64,000 bases of DNA from a bacterium (GCA_965213685.1 CBDBZY010000051.1:1-64000); one strand, 5' to 3'; shown: positions 1 to 13,060, numbered from the stretch's first letter. Numbers and translations are program-made. Notes: a model not told the origin generated them from the sequence alone.

Positions 1-290
1 CCTCTGCTCTTGCTTTTTAACTTCTTTTTTCCTTGTTTACATTTTGATGTTGCAGTTGGACAGATGCTGTGGTTGACAAAATTAACAGGGGTAAAGTTAG
101 TGCTAGGGCAAGTGTTGACAGGGTTGAGAGATTTCACAAGGTTGACAGGATTGACTGTTAGAGTTTACGCAGTTGACACTTCACAATGTTGATAAAGTTC
201 ACAGATTACATGATTGGCAGAGTTGACAATGTTAACAAGGTTGACGGAGTTGACGTTTTACAGAGTTGACAATGTTAACTATCTCTACAT

Positions 291-735
291 ATGTAAACTT
301 TTCCTGGCAAAGCCAGGGGAAGGTGCAGCCTCCTTGAGTGGCGAGATCTCCCAGGAATCAGCGCTCCCAGCCTCTCTTTTTGCCTGCCGCTCAGGAGGTT
401 GGCTAGGGCTCCTCGAGGTTCACATTGTAGGTAGCGTGCAGTATATGAGGTTGGCAGTATACAGTAGTCAAAAAACTCATCTCCTCTAGCTTTCGGATGA
501 TGGTGATCCTTCTTCGGGAGGTGATAAAGTCCCATAGGAGGAGTAACTTATATATACTGCCGGTGCCATGGTGATGGTTTTGCTCTGCCTGGAATGTCCA
601 TTCCTGAGGTCGCAGCATGGTGCTGCGGTCAGGGGTACGTATCCAGGCAGAGCGATGAGAATAATTAAAATTGAAATGTGAATAACGCTGATATAGAATG
701 AAACATTGGATGCTAGGATAGTGGTTGTCCGAGGT
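291..735. repeat. Non-satellite cassette, copy A (longest, most diverged)
   Basis: 291-530 aligns by eye with 871-1045 and 3233-3466 (aacttt-cctggcNNNgccaggg...ctcctcgaggt...ggtagcgtgca...ctcctctagcttt). Confidence 0.85.
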
Positions 736-870
736 AGGGGCCATTGAGTGATGTGATATTTAGCAGGCAAGGTTGACAGAGTTGACAAGGTTGAAAAGGC
801 AGTTGACAAGGTTGACAGAGTTGACAAGGTTGACAAAGTTGACTGAGTTGACAGGGTTGACAGTTGACAA

Positions 871-1045
871 GGTTGAACTTTCCCTGGCGAAGCCAGGGGG
901 AGGCGAAGTCTCCCCGAGAGGCAAAGCCTCCCGGGAGTCAGCACTCCCAACCTCTCTCCTCGCCTGTCCCTCGGGAGGTTGGCCTCTCAATCTCCTCGAG
1001 GTCCGCATTGTAGGTACTAAGGTAGCGTGCAATATAAGAGGTTGG
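871..1045. repeat. Non-satellite cassette, copy B
   Basis: Near-identical to 3233-3390. Carries three consecutive small hairpins at 882-930. Confidence 0.85.
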
Positions 1046-3232
1046 GCTAGGTTGACAGGGTTGACAGGGTTGGCAGAGTTGACAGATTTGGCACGGTTGT
1101 CACATTTGACTGTTTACATAGTTGATAGGGTAGACATGTTTGGCAGGTTTGACAGAGTTGACAGTGTTGGCATGGTTGACACAGTTGACACTTCACAAGG
1201 TTGAGAGTGGATGTGGTTGAGTGTTGATAAAGTTAATTAACAAGATTGACAGTGACACAGTTGACAAGGTTGACAAAATTGAGAGTTCATAGGGTTGACA
1301 TTGTTGACAAGGTTGACCGTTTACAGAATTGACAAGGTTGACATGGTGACAGAGTTGACAGGGTTGGCATGGTTGACACAGTTGACCTAGTTGACAAGGT
1401 TGACAGGGTTGACAATGAGGGTCGACAGAGTGGACAGAGTTGACAGGGTTAACAGAGTCGACAAGGTTGACAGAGTTGACAAGTTTGATAAAGTTGACAG
1501 GGTTTACAGGGTTGACAGAGTTGACGGCTGGGCTAGGGCTAGTTGACATATTTGACAAGTTTGACAGATTTCGCAGGGTTGACATAGTTTACAAGATTGA
1601 CAGTTGACAGGGTTTGCAGTTTATGTGGTTGGTAGGGTTCATGGAGTTGACACAGTTGACAAGGTTGACAAGGTTGACAGTGTTGACACGGTTGACACAT
1701 TTGACAATGTTAGAGTTGACAAGGTTGACACAGTGAACAAGGTTCACATGGTTGACAGGGTTGACAAAGTTGACAGAGTTGACCAAGTTGACTGAGGTGA
1801 CAAGAGTTGACAGGGTTGACAGTTGACAAGGTTGACAGAGTTGACAGGGTTGACAGACTTGACAGTTCACAGTTTAGGTGGACAGAGTTCACAAATTTGA
1901 GAGTTGACTGAGTTGACAGAAATGATGAGTTGACAAGGTTGACAGTTGATAGTTAACAAGGTTGACAGTTAACAAGGTTGATCGAGATGACAAGGTTGAC
2001 AGTTGACAGAGTTCACAAGGTTGACAGAGTTGACAAGGATGACATAGTTGACGGAGTTGACAAGGTTGATAGAGTTGACAGGGTTGACAGCGTTCACAAG
2101 GTTGAAAGTTTACAGGGTTGACAATGGTGATGAAGTTGCAGTTGACGTAGTAGACAGGATTGACATAGGGCTAGCTAACAAGATCGATATGGTTGACAGT
2201 TGACAGTGTTGAGAGTTAACTAGGTTGACAATGTTGACACAGTTGACAAGGTTGACAGAGTTGACAAAGTTGACGAGGTTAACTGAGATGACATGGTTGA
2301 CAGAGTTGAAATGGTTGACAAAGTTGACAGTTGACCAAGTTGACATAAGTGACAGACTTGACAAGGTTGACAGAGCTAACTTGGTTGACAGTTTGCAAGG
2401 TTGACAGAGTTGAAAGTTGACAGAGTTGACAGGGTTGACACAGTTGACAAGGTTGACAGTGTTGACACAGTTGCGACTTGACAAGGTTGACAGAGTTGAC
2501 ATGGTTGACAGGACTGACACTTAACAAGGTTGACAGAGTTGACACAGTTGACAATGCTGACAGAGTTGACATGGTTGACAGGGTTGACACAGTCGAAAAG
2601 GTGGACAGTGTTGACATATTTGACATAGTTGACAGGGTTGATAGGCTTGACACGGCTGACAGGGCTGGCATGGTTGACATAGTTGACAAGTTTGACAGAC
2701 CTCAGGGTTGACAGTGTACAATGACAGAGTTGACAGGGTTTGCAGTTGACGTGGTTTACAGGGATATAATTGACAGAAATGACACAGTTGACAAGGTTGA
2801 GAGTTGACAAGGTTGACATGTTTGACACAGTTGACACAGTTGACAAGGTTGAGAGTTGACAGGGTTGACAATGTTGACAAATTTGATAGGGTTGGCACGG
2901 TTGATAAGGTTGACAGAGTTGTCAGGGTTAATATGACACAGTTGACAGAGTTGACATGGTTGACAGAGTTGACAGTTGACAGAGTTGACACAGTTGACAG
3001 AGTTGACACTGTTGACAGAGTTGACAGGGTTGATAGAGTTGACACAATTGACAGAATTGACAAGGTTGACGGAGTTGACAGGGTTGACAATGTTGACAGA
3101 TTTGACCAAGTTGACAGGTGACAAGAGTTGACAAGGTTGACAGTGTTCACTGGGTTGAAAGATTTGACAAGATTGACAGAGTTGACAGGGTTGACAGGTT
3201 TGACATGGTTGACGGAGTTGACAGGGTTGGCA

Positions 3233-3466
3233 TGGCTGAACTTTCCCTGGCTTTGCCAGGGGGAGGCAAAACCTCCTGGGAGTCAGCACTCCCAACCTCT
3301 CTCCTCGCCTGTCCCTCGGGAGGTTGGCCTCTCAATCTCCTCGAGGTCCGCATTGTAGGTACTAAGGTAGCGTGCAATATAAGAGGTTGGCAGTATATAG
3401 TAGTCAAAAAAACTTATCTCCTCTAGCTTTTGAATGATGGTGATCCTTTGTCGGGAGGTGATGAGT
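3233..3466. repeat. Non-satellite cassette, copy C
   Basis: Near-identical to copy B over about 120 bp, then extends like copy A. A stub (ggttgaactttccctg) recurs near 4550-4566. Confidence 0.85.
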
Positions 3467-5480
3467 TTACAGGATTGAGAGTTGACAATTTGAATTCAGA
3501 TTTAAAGTTGACATGGTTGACAAGGTTGACACAGTTGACAAGATTGACAGATTTGACAGGGTGGACAGAGTTGAAGGTTGACAGAATTGAAAGGGTTGAC
3601 AGGGTTGACAAGGTTGACAGTTGGCAATGTTGACAGTTGACATTGCTGACAAAGTTGACAGAGTTGACCAAGTTGACATAGGTGACACGATTTGACGAAG
3701 TTGACAGATTTGACAAGGTTGACAGAGTTAATAGGGTTGACAGTTGACGAAGTTGACAGATTTGACAAGGTTGACAGAGTTGATAGGGTTGACAGAGTTG
3801 ACGAGGTTGACAGAGTTGACAAGGTTGACATAGTTAACAGAAATGACAAGGTTGACATACTTGACAGAAGTGACAAGAGCCGACAGAGTTGACAAGGTTG
3901 ACAGAGTTGACAGGATTGACAGAGTTGACAAGTGTGACAGAGTTGACAATGTTGACATAGTTGACAGGGTTGACAATGTTGACAGAGTTGACCAAGTTGA
4001 CTGAAGTGACAGGGTTGGCATGGTTGGCACATTTGACAGAGTTGGCAAGGTTGAGAGTTGATGTGGTTGACAGGGTTTAGTTAACAAGGTTGACTAGGTT
4101 TACACAGTTTACAAGATTGACAGAGTTGACAAGGTTGACAGTTGACGGGGTTGACAGGGTTGAAAGGGTTGACAGGGTTGACAGAGTTGACAGGGTTTAT
4201 ATGGTTGACATAGTTGACAATGTTGACAGATTTCACAGGGTTGATAACAGGTTTGACAGGGTTGACACAGTGGACAAGGTTGACAGTTGACAATGTTGAC
4301 TGACTTGACATGGTTGACACAGTTAACGGGGTTGAAAGGGTTGGTACAGTTGACAAGTTTGACAGATTTGACAGGGTTGACAGAATTGACAAGGTTGACA
4401 GAGTTGACAGGGTTGACAGTGTTGACACAGTTGACAGAGTTGACAGGGTTGATGAGGTTGACATTGTTGAGGTTAACAGAGTTGATAAGTTTGACAGAGT
4501 TGACGTAGTTGACAAGGTTGACAGAGTTGACAAGCTTCACTGTTGACAAGGTTGAACTTTCCCTGACATTGTTGACTAAGTTGACAGTGTTGACCAAGTT
4601 GACAGGTGACAAGAGTTGACAGAGTTGACAGGGTTGACATGGTTGACAGTGTTGACAGAGTTGACAAGGTTGAGAGTTGACTCAGTTGACAGAGTTGACA
4701 AGTTCAACAGAGTTGACAGGATTGACAGGGTTGACAGAGTTTACAGGGTTGACACAGTTGACAAGGTTGACAGAATTGACAGGGTTTACAGGGTTGACAG
4801 AGTTGACATGGTTGGCATGTTTGACACAGTTGACAGATTTGACAAGGTTTACAGAGTTGATATGGTTGACAGGGTTGACCGAGTTAACAAGGTTGACAGG
4901 GTTATCACAGTTGACAAGGTTGACAGAGTTGATAGGGTTGACAGGGATGACACAGTTGACAGAGTTGACAAGTTTGACAGAGTTGACAGGGTTGACAGGG
5001 TTGACAGAGTTGACAGGGTTGACCAAGTTGACAGAGGTGATAAGAGTTGACAGAGTTGACAAGGTTGACAGAGTTGACAGAGTTGACAAGGGTGACAGAG
5101 TTGACAAGGTTAACAGTTGACCAAGTTGACAGGTGACAAGGGTTTACAGAGTTGACAGGTTGACAGAGTTGACAGGGTTGGCATGATTGGCACAGTTGAC
5201 AGTTGTTGACAAGGTTGACAGAGTTGACATGGTTGACAGGGTTGACAGAGTGAACAAGGTTGACAGAGTTGACACAGTTGACAAGGTTGACAGAGTTTAC
5301 AGGTTGACAGAGTTGACAGGGTTGATATGGTTGAGATAGTTGACAAGGTTGACAGACTTCACAGGGTTGACACAGTTGACAAGGTTGACAGAGTTAACAC
5401 AGTTGACAGAGTTGACATGTTTGATATAGTCAACAAAGTTGACAGACTTGACAGGGTTGACTCGTGACAGAGTTGACAGT

Positions 5481-5499
5481 GTTGACAGTTAAGGGTTAA
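5481..5499 (-). mobile_element. Putative piggyBac-like element terminus (TTAA|CCCTT on the minus strand) bounding the array
   Basis: The array stops abruptly at gttgacagttAAGGG-TTAA (5491-5499). TTAA plus CCC is the piggyBac target-site/terminus signature. The matching end is not in the window. Confidence 0.4.
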
Positions 5500-5739
5500 A
5501 GTATGTGGTACGGTGCGTACATCGGCACAAGTTTTCACTTCATCACGTGACGTGACCAGTCGAATCCGTTCTTTGAAAGGGAGTCATGTGACTAGAAATG
5601 GGTGGTTTTAGCCAATGCTATTGAGGCTTTGGGATACCTCGTTTACAGTGGATAATGAGGGAGTGCATGCGGCATCATATGATCCACCTGTTGGCCGTGT
5701 TCTTGCTAGTTACAAAGTTCACTCAACATTACAGTTGTA

Positions 5740-6560
5740 AACGCTATTTGCCCCTCTGTCTGTGACACATGTTCCCTCAGGCTGTCCTCCTGCTCTTTGA
5801 CTGCACAGTGCTCAATATGACATGTTTACCTGTAAGAGAACAAACTTATTTGCCTGAAAGAGAACAATAAACTATGTATAGCACCCATGCATTTGAATAT
5901 TGCAGCCCACCAGGAACACCAGAAAGTTGTAGCTGCTCTGTGCAGATGAACCTGAAGCTCATCTCATAAACCAGTTAGCCTAGTATTCAATACAATTATT
6001 GCTGAGTTATATCTATAAGTTCCACCTCCCCAAAGAGCTCTACACACATTATGATACTCATCAGTAGCAGTAGCCAAATGCTACATGGTTCTACTTAAAT
6101 TATGTACACTATGTACAGTGGGCCGCTACATGTTCCTGCAAATCTTCTGGCAAAGCAGTTGCCCTCGAGCAAACATATTCCTGTGTACAGATCTGCCAAC
6201 TCATCAGCAAGTATGCACCCATGTTCACAAACTTCTATCTCCTTGATCTTTTCCTCAGCTTCTCTCTGCAAGGCTTTGCTTGCAAGGCTGGCACGCACTC
6301 CCTCATGGCTGGCCAAAAGGAACATCCTTCCCACAGCGTGATAAAGAGGGGTGGCAGGAGGGAGGGACTCCAGCTCTTTGCAGGTGAGCCTACTGTGGAC
6401 AATGCTCCTTTTCAAGGCCTGAATCTGGCCTTCAGCCACACTGACCAGCTGACTTGTCTTTGTTTCTTAGCTTGGAACTCAGAGAATGCCTGCACAGTTA
6501 GACATTTTCTTTTGCAACCCTAGGTGCCCCAATACCTTCCTGCAATCTACAGTATTTTCT
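5740..6560 (-). pseudogene. PFDN1: Prefoldin subunit 1, apparently frameshifted/decayed
   Basis: AFSEFQAK...VAEGQIQALKRSIVHSRLT...LYHAVGRMF...EEKIKEIE and VKEQEDSLRE match PFDN1. A frameshift is needed near 6460 and near 5815, and I found no in-frame ATG in the presumed exon 1. Confidence 0.65.
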
Positions 6561-6888
6561 TCTAGGATCTTCTGTATGACCCATATTTATAAGGCTAGCC
6601 AGCCTAGGGGGCGGGCCTATAATTATATAGGAATTTTCCTAAAATAATATATGACATAATGTTGTAGGGTCTGCTACTATTACTTCTGGAATAGTAGAAT
6701 TACGTGCACAGGACCTTACTTGCCCAGTTGAGTGTAAGAAAACAATCATAATAATTATAGTTGGTCAATGTTCAGCAGTTTTTGACTTTACTCATCCAGC
6801 CAGGAAATCTTGATAGCTATGTCTACAGGTAAGCATGTATCTTTAGTTTTTGGAGGGGTTTCCAGCGACAGGAACATACTTTGAGGAG

Positions 6889-9800
6889 TCATGTGATGTG
6901 CAACAGCCACTTTTTGAAAAAGGCATAGAAATTTTGTAGAGATTGAGAGTATTTGATATGTGTAGCTTGTAACTTGATGATGGTGTGTACACTTCCAATG
7001 GCTACTTCCTGCTCACCTAAGGCCAGTGTGAAGACAAGGCTGGGTGAAAGTGAGGGTAGAGAGTCTCCTAGCTCGCTCATGGTCTGGTCAAAGGCATTAC
7101 TAGGTGAGCAGCTAGCCATTTGTTTTTTCTCTCTCCTCTGCCGTCGGCAATTGGTCCATGTCTCTCTGACAGCTGTGCATAGGAATACGCTTCTTTCACT
7201 TCCTTCAGTTAGGTGGTATAACAAATTTTCGGCTGTTTTCTCATCCCTTGCCACCTTGGAACGCTTGACACTATCATGAACAATCCTTACCTCATCCTCA
7301 TCCTCCTCACCACATTGTGATTCATGTTCTACCTCCTTCACACCATCTTCATCTGCTTCCTCTGATGGTCGTTGTCTTTTTCGCTGTTGTCCATGGCTGA
7401 CCTTCTCCATCTCCTCAGGCAGTATGTGTGTGTGAGGAGGAGAGGAATGAGGAGCAATTGGACGAAAGCTGCCAGGTGGAGGCTCACAAGCATCTGTCTT
7501 AAGGCACACAGTGAAGTCAAAATCTTCTTCCAGCCTCATTGTTAGTGCTTTTAGGACAATGTAGTTGAGCAGGTGATGAGTGTGCAGATTTTGCATATCC
7601 AGTTCCTGGAGTCGATGTGCCAACTCTACGTATGGTGTAGTCTTCAGCAGCAGCCGAGATATTACTTCCAAAGAGAGTGAGAGGGTACATAAAGTCAGTG
7701 GCTTCTTGCTCTGTTCTACTGCATGGATACGACTGAACATAGGAATGACATCCTGTCTGGTACTTCCTGTTTTCCCCTCTACACTCAGGAGTTGTTTGAG
7801 AGTGGCATGAGAGGACTTGAGACATTGGTGGAGGTGGGACCTGTGACTTTTACTCATACCCTTTGCCACATTGTGTGAGAGCTCAAATGGGTCCTGCACA
7901 CACAGTGAAGATACCCTGAACCCAGCACATGTGGTAGGGATTGTGTTCATGATACTCATCTTCTGACTTGGAGCTCTCTGGCTCAGTTCAGATATGAGCG
8001 GAGGGGAACGGCAGTGGACAGCTACTACACACTCAGAGAAAGGGAAAGAATCAGCATAGTAATGGAGAAATTGGAGGAAGAGCTCAGCTGCAGAGAAGGA
8101 GAGAACGGACATGCATATTTATATGTGGACAGGAAGGCAGTATGTGTGATACCTGGGGTGGCAGTGTTCATGGAGGGGAGAAGTGACTGTGGAGGATCAA
8201 AATCACATTTCCAGTCATCCACTACCAGTGGCTGCTGAGGAGGTGAGAAACCATTGGCTCCAATCCACGCCATGTCCTTGGGCCAGATTCCAGGATCCTA
8301 CACACACAAAAGATCATCTCATATTCCATGATATTACAGACAAATACCACTAAGCCAACTGTCATAAGATGTACCTGAAGACAGGGTAGCACTGGAGGAG
8401 ACACAGTCTGCAGGAAGTGAATTACCATAAGGGAAAGAGCATAGTTGTTTAAAACACTTCGCCTAACACCATGTGCTCGGGCCCACAGTCGAACAATTGG
8501 CACAATAATAGCCATCCTGGGGTCACACTGGAAATAGGCAGCCATCAGACGGGTATTAGCTGGGCCCAACCTGGAAAAGAAAGGAATACGAAGTAATAGA
8601 CATAACAGTATATGATGCACAGAGAAAGTAGGTAGTGGCTGCAGAAAGTACCTGTTATTAATGGAAAGGTCGCAGTGGAGATTGAATGGGCGGTACACAA
8701 AGCGTATAATGGGGCACCTGGCATTAGCAATGGCAAACACCCGCTCACACTCTGAGTCCTCCTCCACCAGTGCCAGAAGGTGGTCGTAGCTGGGGTCGGT
8801 CTGTGCAAACATACTGTGGTAATGAGTGGCCACTGTTGTAACCTTGGGCTGATGATTGATTTTAGGACAGGTCTCCTCCAGCTTCCTCCAGACTGAATGG
8901 AGTTGCGGGTTAAAGTAGGCAGAGCCAGAGAACATTGTTCGCTCTACTGGAAGAGGGTCTGTGAGGACACAAAGGTCACAGTCTGAGGAGAGAATCCCAT
9001 GACCAGATACAGAGGCTCCAAATGGTATCACCATGCACTTGGGATAGGCTGATTGGATCCTGCTTTGCAGTCGGCTGCAAAGAATGAGTTGCTCATTTGC
9101 TACAGCATCACCCAGACGACAGTAGGTGGCAATGGCCTCCAGTTGTGCATTCACCTGGCAAAGGGAAAAAAGTACTAGAACACCAACCTCCATACAGATG
9201 CACTACAATAACTCTTTCATGTGTAATGTATCATAGGCATAGGGAGATGTATCTGTTTGTGGAGTTCACTTGCAAAACGTTGGGGGGACATGTACCCCAG
9301 TGCCCCCACAGTTCCTATGCCGTTCACTGCACTAGCTTATTCTGCTTCATCTACAACCTCATGTATACATTGATCTTAAGATACTACTGTTTCCTCCACA
9401 AATGTGCAAAATACATATATGCGCACCTTTCCTACTTACTTCATCTAGGCCATAATACTATTACTCATGCATTGCGACTTGCTGGAAAGGAAATGTTTTG
9501 ACCTACACGTCTTACTCACTTGTCACACACAACATACAATGTCTGGCTACTGATTTCCTCTACATATAACCTTGAAGGTCAGCTGTGTCAACTGATTGCT
9601 ACCTCTATTTGGCAGCTTCACTCAATAAGCCAATAAATATATTAAAGCAGGCTGATACTGCAGGAAAAGCACCAAGACATGTCACAGACACCTATTACAA
9701 AGTGGTGGAATGCAGATTCGGTTGACCGGAACATACAGCAACTCACAGACTGAGCTGCTGTGATGGCTGCTATGGCTTCCTTCGTGAGCCTGATTCCTCC

Positions 9801-10451
9801 AATGCTATCTGGTGTAATAGCCACCTCCATCTCAGTGGGAGTTGTGTCCATCTCGCTAGGGGTTGCACCAACACACCTCTGGCCAAGGTCCAGCCATTGC
9901 TTGCGGCCAAACCTCACCTTCCTCTTCACAGGCTTTAACTGGCGTGGCCTCACCACCACTTTCTTTCCGTGCAGTGTTAGTGGTGAAGAGCATCTAAGTG
10001 CCTTAATAGCCTCCTCCTCACTGTGGAACTCAGCTAAAGCATAGCTGCCACTGTTCTGTTCTTTGTTAACTTTCACCACAAGCATGGCCAGAGATCCAAA
10101 CTGGCTGAGGAGCTCCCTCAGGTCACTCTCGATGGAGGCAGTAACAGTGAAACCCCTCACAAAGACAGAGCGGCGAGCAACCTCCGACCTCTCTACCGTC
10201 TCCGTGTGTGTCCGACCACGCATGTGCATCTCCAGGTCATGATCTATGTGTGTGCAGATATTAGTCGCTGTAATATGGTTAATACCTAGTCCATCCAAAG
10301 GCTTACACGTGTTCACATTCACACCACACACTTCACACGAGTGCAGTGGAGTCTGTGCAATCGTCTCCTGTGAAGCATCATGGCTGCCTTCTTTCTCCTG
10401 GCTCTTCCTCTGATGCTTGCCTGTCCACATTTCCGCCTTTGTATCCACCAT
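6889..10451 (-). CDS. TUT1: TUT1 / Star-PAP terminal uridylyltransferase (multi-exon)
   Basis: C2H2 finger (CEVC...HMRGRTH), RRM (RRSVFVRGF), nucleotidyltransferase motif (PFGAS...SSDCDL; HCDLS) and PAP-associated QDPFELSHNV, in the TUT1 order. Confidence 0.88.
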
Positions 10452-10557
10452 CAAGCTACAGTTTGGAACTGCACACAAGTACGACGCGTAATCGCTTGAC
10501 CTTTGACCTCCAAAGCAAACTTGTACCACACCCTCTCTGGCCGCTCCAGAGTAAATA

Positions 10558-10626
10558 TAGTCTCGTTCCCAGGCCTAGGCCTAGGGCTAGGCGGCACGTG
10601 AGGGTCTGGGAACGAGATCGAGACTA
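10558..10626. repeat. Short inverted-repeat (MITE-like) element
   Basis: tctcgttcccag ... ctgggaacgaga inverted arms around a spacer of about 33 bp. Confidence 0.6.
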
Positions 10627-10728
10627 CCCGGTACCCAGAGCTAGCTAAGCATGAGGTAGGTGGAGCATTTGGGCACGAGATACTACACGTGATAGCATAC
10701 GGGGCGTGGCGGCCAGCAGTATTGCAAG

Positions 10729-11559
10729 ATGCTCAGTGGAGCGTCGAGGAAGGTGCGTCTGCTGCACTACCTCTCATATTCCTGGGTTTATAATATAGAC
10801 AGGCAACTTATGTTATCTATGACAGGTTGCTCTGTTGCTGGTCTTCCTGTCCGCCTGTGGGTGGGTTGTGTTCGTGACGGGCTTCGGGGTTAGGAACGCC
10901 GAGTAAGCCAATCTTGCTGCTTGCCATTTAACCGCTTATCTCTCACCCCTCACTCCTCTCTCTTCCTATCTCAAAGACTGTACTCCAGTGGCAGCAACAG
11001 TACAGTAGTTGAGCCTCGGTTCTTCAGCCACTGGTGTCTTTCAGTGTCAGGAGCAATTCTGTACTTCCTTTACTTCCTGCACCTCTTGTGGGGCAATGTG
11101 GTGACCGGGATGATTGTATCACTCAATGCACACATTTGGATTTCTAAAGCACTCACCATCCGCTCCATGGCACAGTGTATGGCACAATCTACACTGCTGC
11201 CTGTGCCAATATGTGTGTTTATATAGGATCTACATGTGTGTGTCCTTGACCTTCCTCCCAGACAATGCTTGTTGTCCCACTCTACCTGGCAATGGTGGGG
11301 GCAGTTCTTCAGTTTGACAGCAGTGATAGCAATGGAGGGAGTTTCCCCGACATGGTCCACAACCAAGACTTTGAGGTTCACCTGTTAGTGGAGTACGTGG
11401 GAGCTCTGGTGGCTGGAGGATTCCTGGTAAGACACAACATCATGATGTGGTAATCGGTTGCCTTTCCACCCCACACTTCTCCAGTGGGTAGCTCTTGTGC
11501 TGTGGCCACTGCATTCCTACAAGAAGTCTACAACTGACTACGTGCCCATCAACAACTGA
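10729..11559 (+). CDS. Uncharacterised four-TM membrane protein, paralog 1 (5 exons)
   Basis: MLSGASRK|VALLLVFLSACGWVVFVTGFGVRNA|...LVEYVGALVAGGFL|WVALVLWPLHSYKKSTTDYVPINN*, with GT-AG junctions shared with paralogs 2 and 3. Confidence 0.75.
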
Positions 11560-11673
11560 CATTGTGTGGGTCATCCCTTATTCCTAGCGGACTGCTGTGT
11601 GCTTGTGTACATGAGACGTTTGTGTGTTTTTCAATAATTATATATCATGCAAAAAGACATGCTATAGGGCATG

Positions 11674-13060
11674 TCATGGCCTGTCACAAGGAGGAAGATG
11701 TAGAGGAGGCAGTCTCCTGGCTACCTTTCCCTGAACTGCCTGTCTCCTCCGCTGCTTCTCAGCCTCATCAGCTGGGAGATGTGGCATCAGAGCCGGGAGA
11801 TGGACTCTCTCTTGCACTTGCTGGTACACATGGACTGTACATGTCCCATTTCCCTTTCTCTCTTCTGCCTTCTCTTCATCCTGAGAGACATAAGCTCTGG
11901 CTAGTAGGTATGCATCTGGAGTCCATTTGTGTGAGTAGAGGATGTCCTTCAAGTCAGCCTTAATCTGGGTCAGCTAAAGAAACAGAAGAGAACAGCCCAT
12001 GACACCTGCCCTAATCTAGCAGCAGCCCCCCCCCCCCCCCCCCCCCCCCCCCCCGCAGGTGTCCCACACTACCTCATGAGCCTTCTGTTCCTTTTCTTGT
12101 TGGAGGTGTCTGATTTGGGCTTCATAGTCCTGCAAAGTTGGCACAGTTACACACTTTGTTGCCTGCCCTTCTCCCTCTCCATTCTCCCTGTCAGGACTAG
12201 GTGGAAAGGGTGCACAATTACCAACAGACGCTAACTCCCTAGGAGAGTGGCATACCTCTTATGCAACTTCAGCCTGTGCTGCAGTAGTTGAAGTAGTCTG
12301 GCATTCTTGCTTCTCTCAGCTGCCAAAGCCTGCCGTAGCTTGCCGGCCTCTTCCTGTAGGAATAGTATCTGCAGCTCATCTAGTGAGAAAGTGAAGAGAC
12401 TGAGTGAGTGACTGGGTGGGTTGATGAGTGAGTGTGGAGTGAATGACTGTGTGTGTGTGTGACTGAATAGGGCTAAGTGAGTGAATGAGTGACTGAGCAA
12501 ACAAGGGAGCAAGTGAAGGTGTGCAGCTAGAAAGTGGGTGAGAGGATGTACCGGTGGGGGTATCTATCTCAATGGGTGGTTGGTTGCTTGCTCTGTGACG
12601 GCTGCCAGTGCGAGAGCAGGTACGCCCACAGTGACACATGATCAATTTGAAGTTGAGCTCTGCAATAGGACATGTGATCCAGCAGGTTTCTTCACACAAG
12701 CACATGCACATTCATTGGGCATATGCAGCTACCTCTGTTCTCCTTCTTCAGCCGCTCTGCCTCCTGGTGCAGCTGCTGCAGAGTCTCCAAGTGTTGCTGG
12801 CGGAGGAATGCAATATTTCTATCCAGCCGCTGAGCCTCCTGTTTTGTTTTAGCACTCTTCCTTTTCCTACGCTTGCTAGAAGGTGAGGCAAACTGCAGCG
12901 TCTGCAGGCGAAGAGGGGGCAGGATCCGGGTTCGAATACGGCCAGCAATTCTGCTCACCTGCGGTACTGGTGTTTCTCTATCTCTGAGTAGCGTGCCTCT
13001 TACGCCCAGGTCGGGACGGTTCCATCCGGGAAGCCGAGAGCGATGTACGTCCATCTCCAT
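11674..13060 (-). CDS. CCDC74: CCDC74-family coiled-coil protein
   Basis: RLPGW, LDRNIAFLRQQHLETLQQLHQEAERLKKENR|ELNFKLIM and C-terminal LPALM...EKQRRRQAVQ. Confidence 0.75.

Larger units (their letters stand above)
55..5499 (+). repeat. GTTGACA(NN) 7-10 bp degenerate tandem array (satellite-like), about 5.4 kb, strongly strand-biased
   Basis: Hundreds of GTTGACA cores separated mostly by 2-nt spacers (GA, AG, GG, CA, TG). Almost all are on the + strand. The many ORFs here (VDRVDK, LTELTR, STLSTL) are translations of the repeat. Confidence 0.95.

Noticed and set aside
940-1010. Minus-strand MRTSRRLRGQPPEG, reminiscent of a Gypsy gag N-terminal motif
   Set aside because: Too short, disrupted in copy A, and no LTR, protease, RT or integrase nearby.
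10-5346. Dozens of ORFs (VDRVDK, LTELTR, STLSTL, CQPCQL)
   Set aside because: They are translations of a 9-bp-periodic repeat in several frames at once, broken by frequent frameshifts. No coding signal.
55-5499. CRISPR array, bacterial -35 (TTGACA) array, or telomere
   Set aside because: Units are 7-10 bp with no unique spacers and no cas genes, and the context is eukaryotic. There are no TTAGGG runs, and the G-rich strand points toward the genes instead of a chromosome end.
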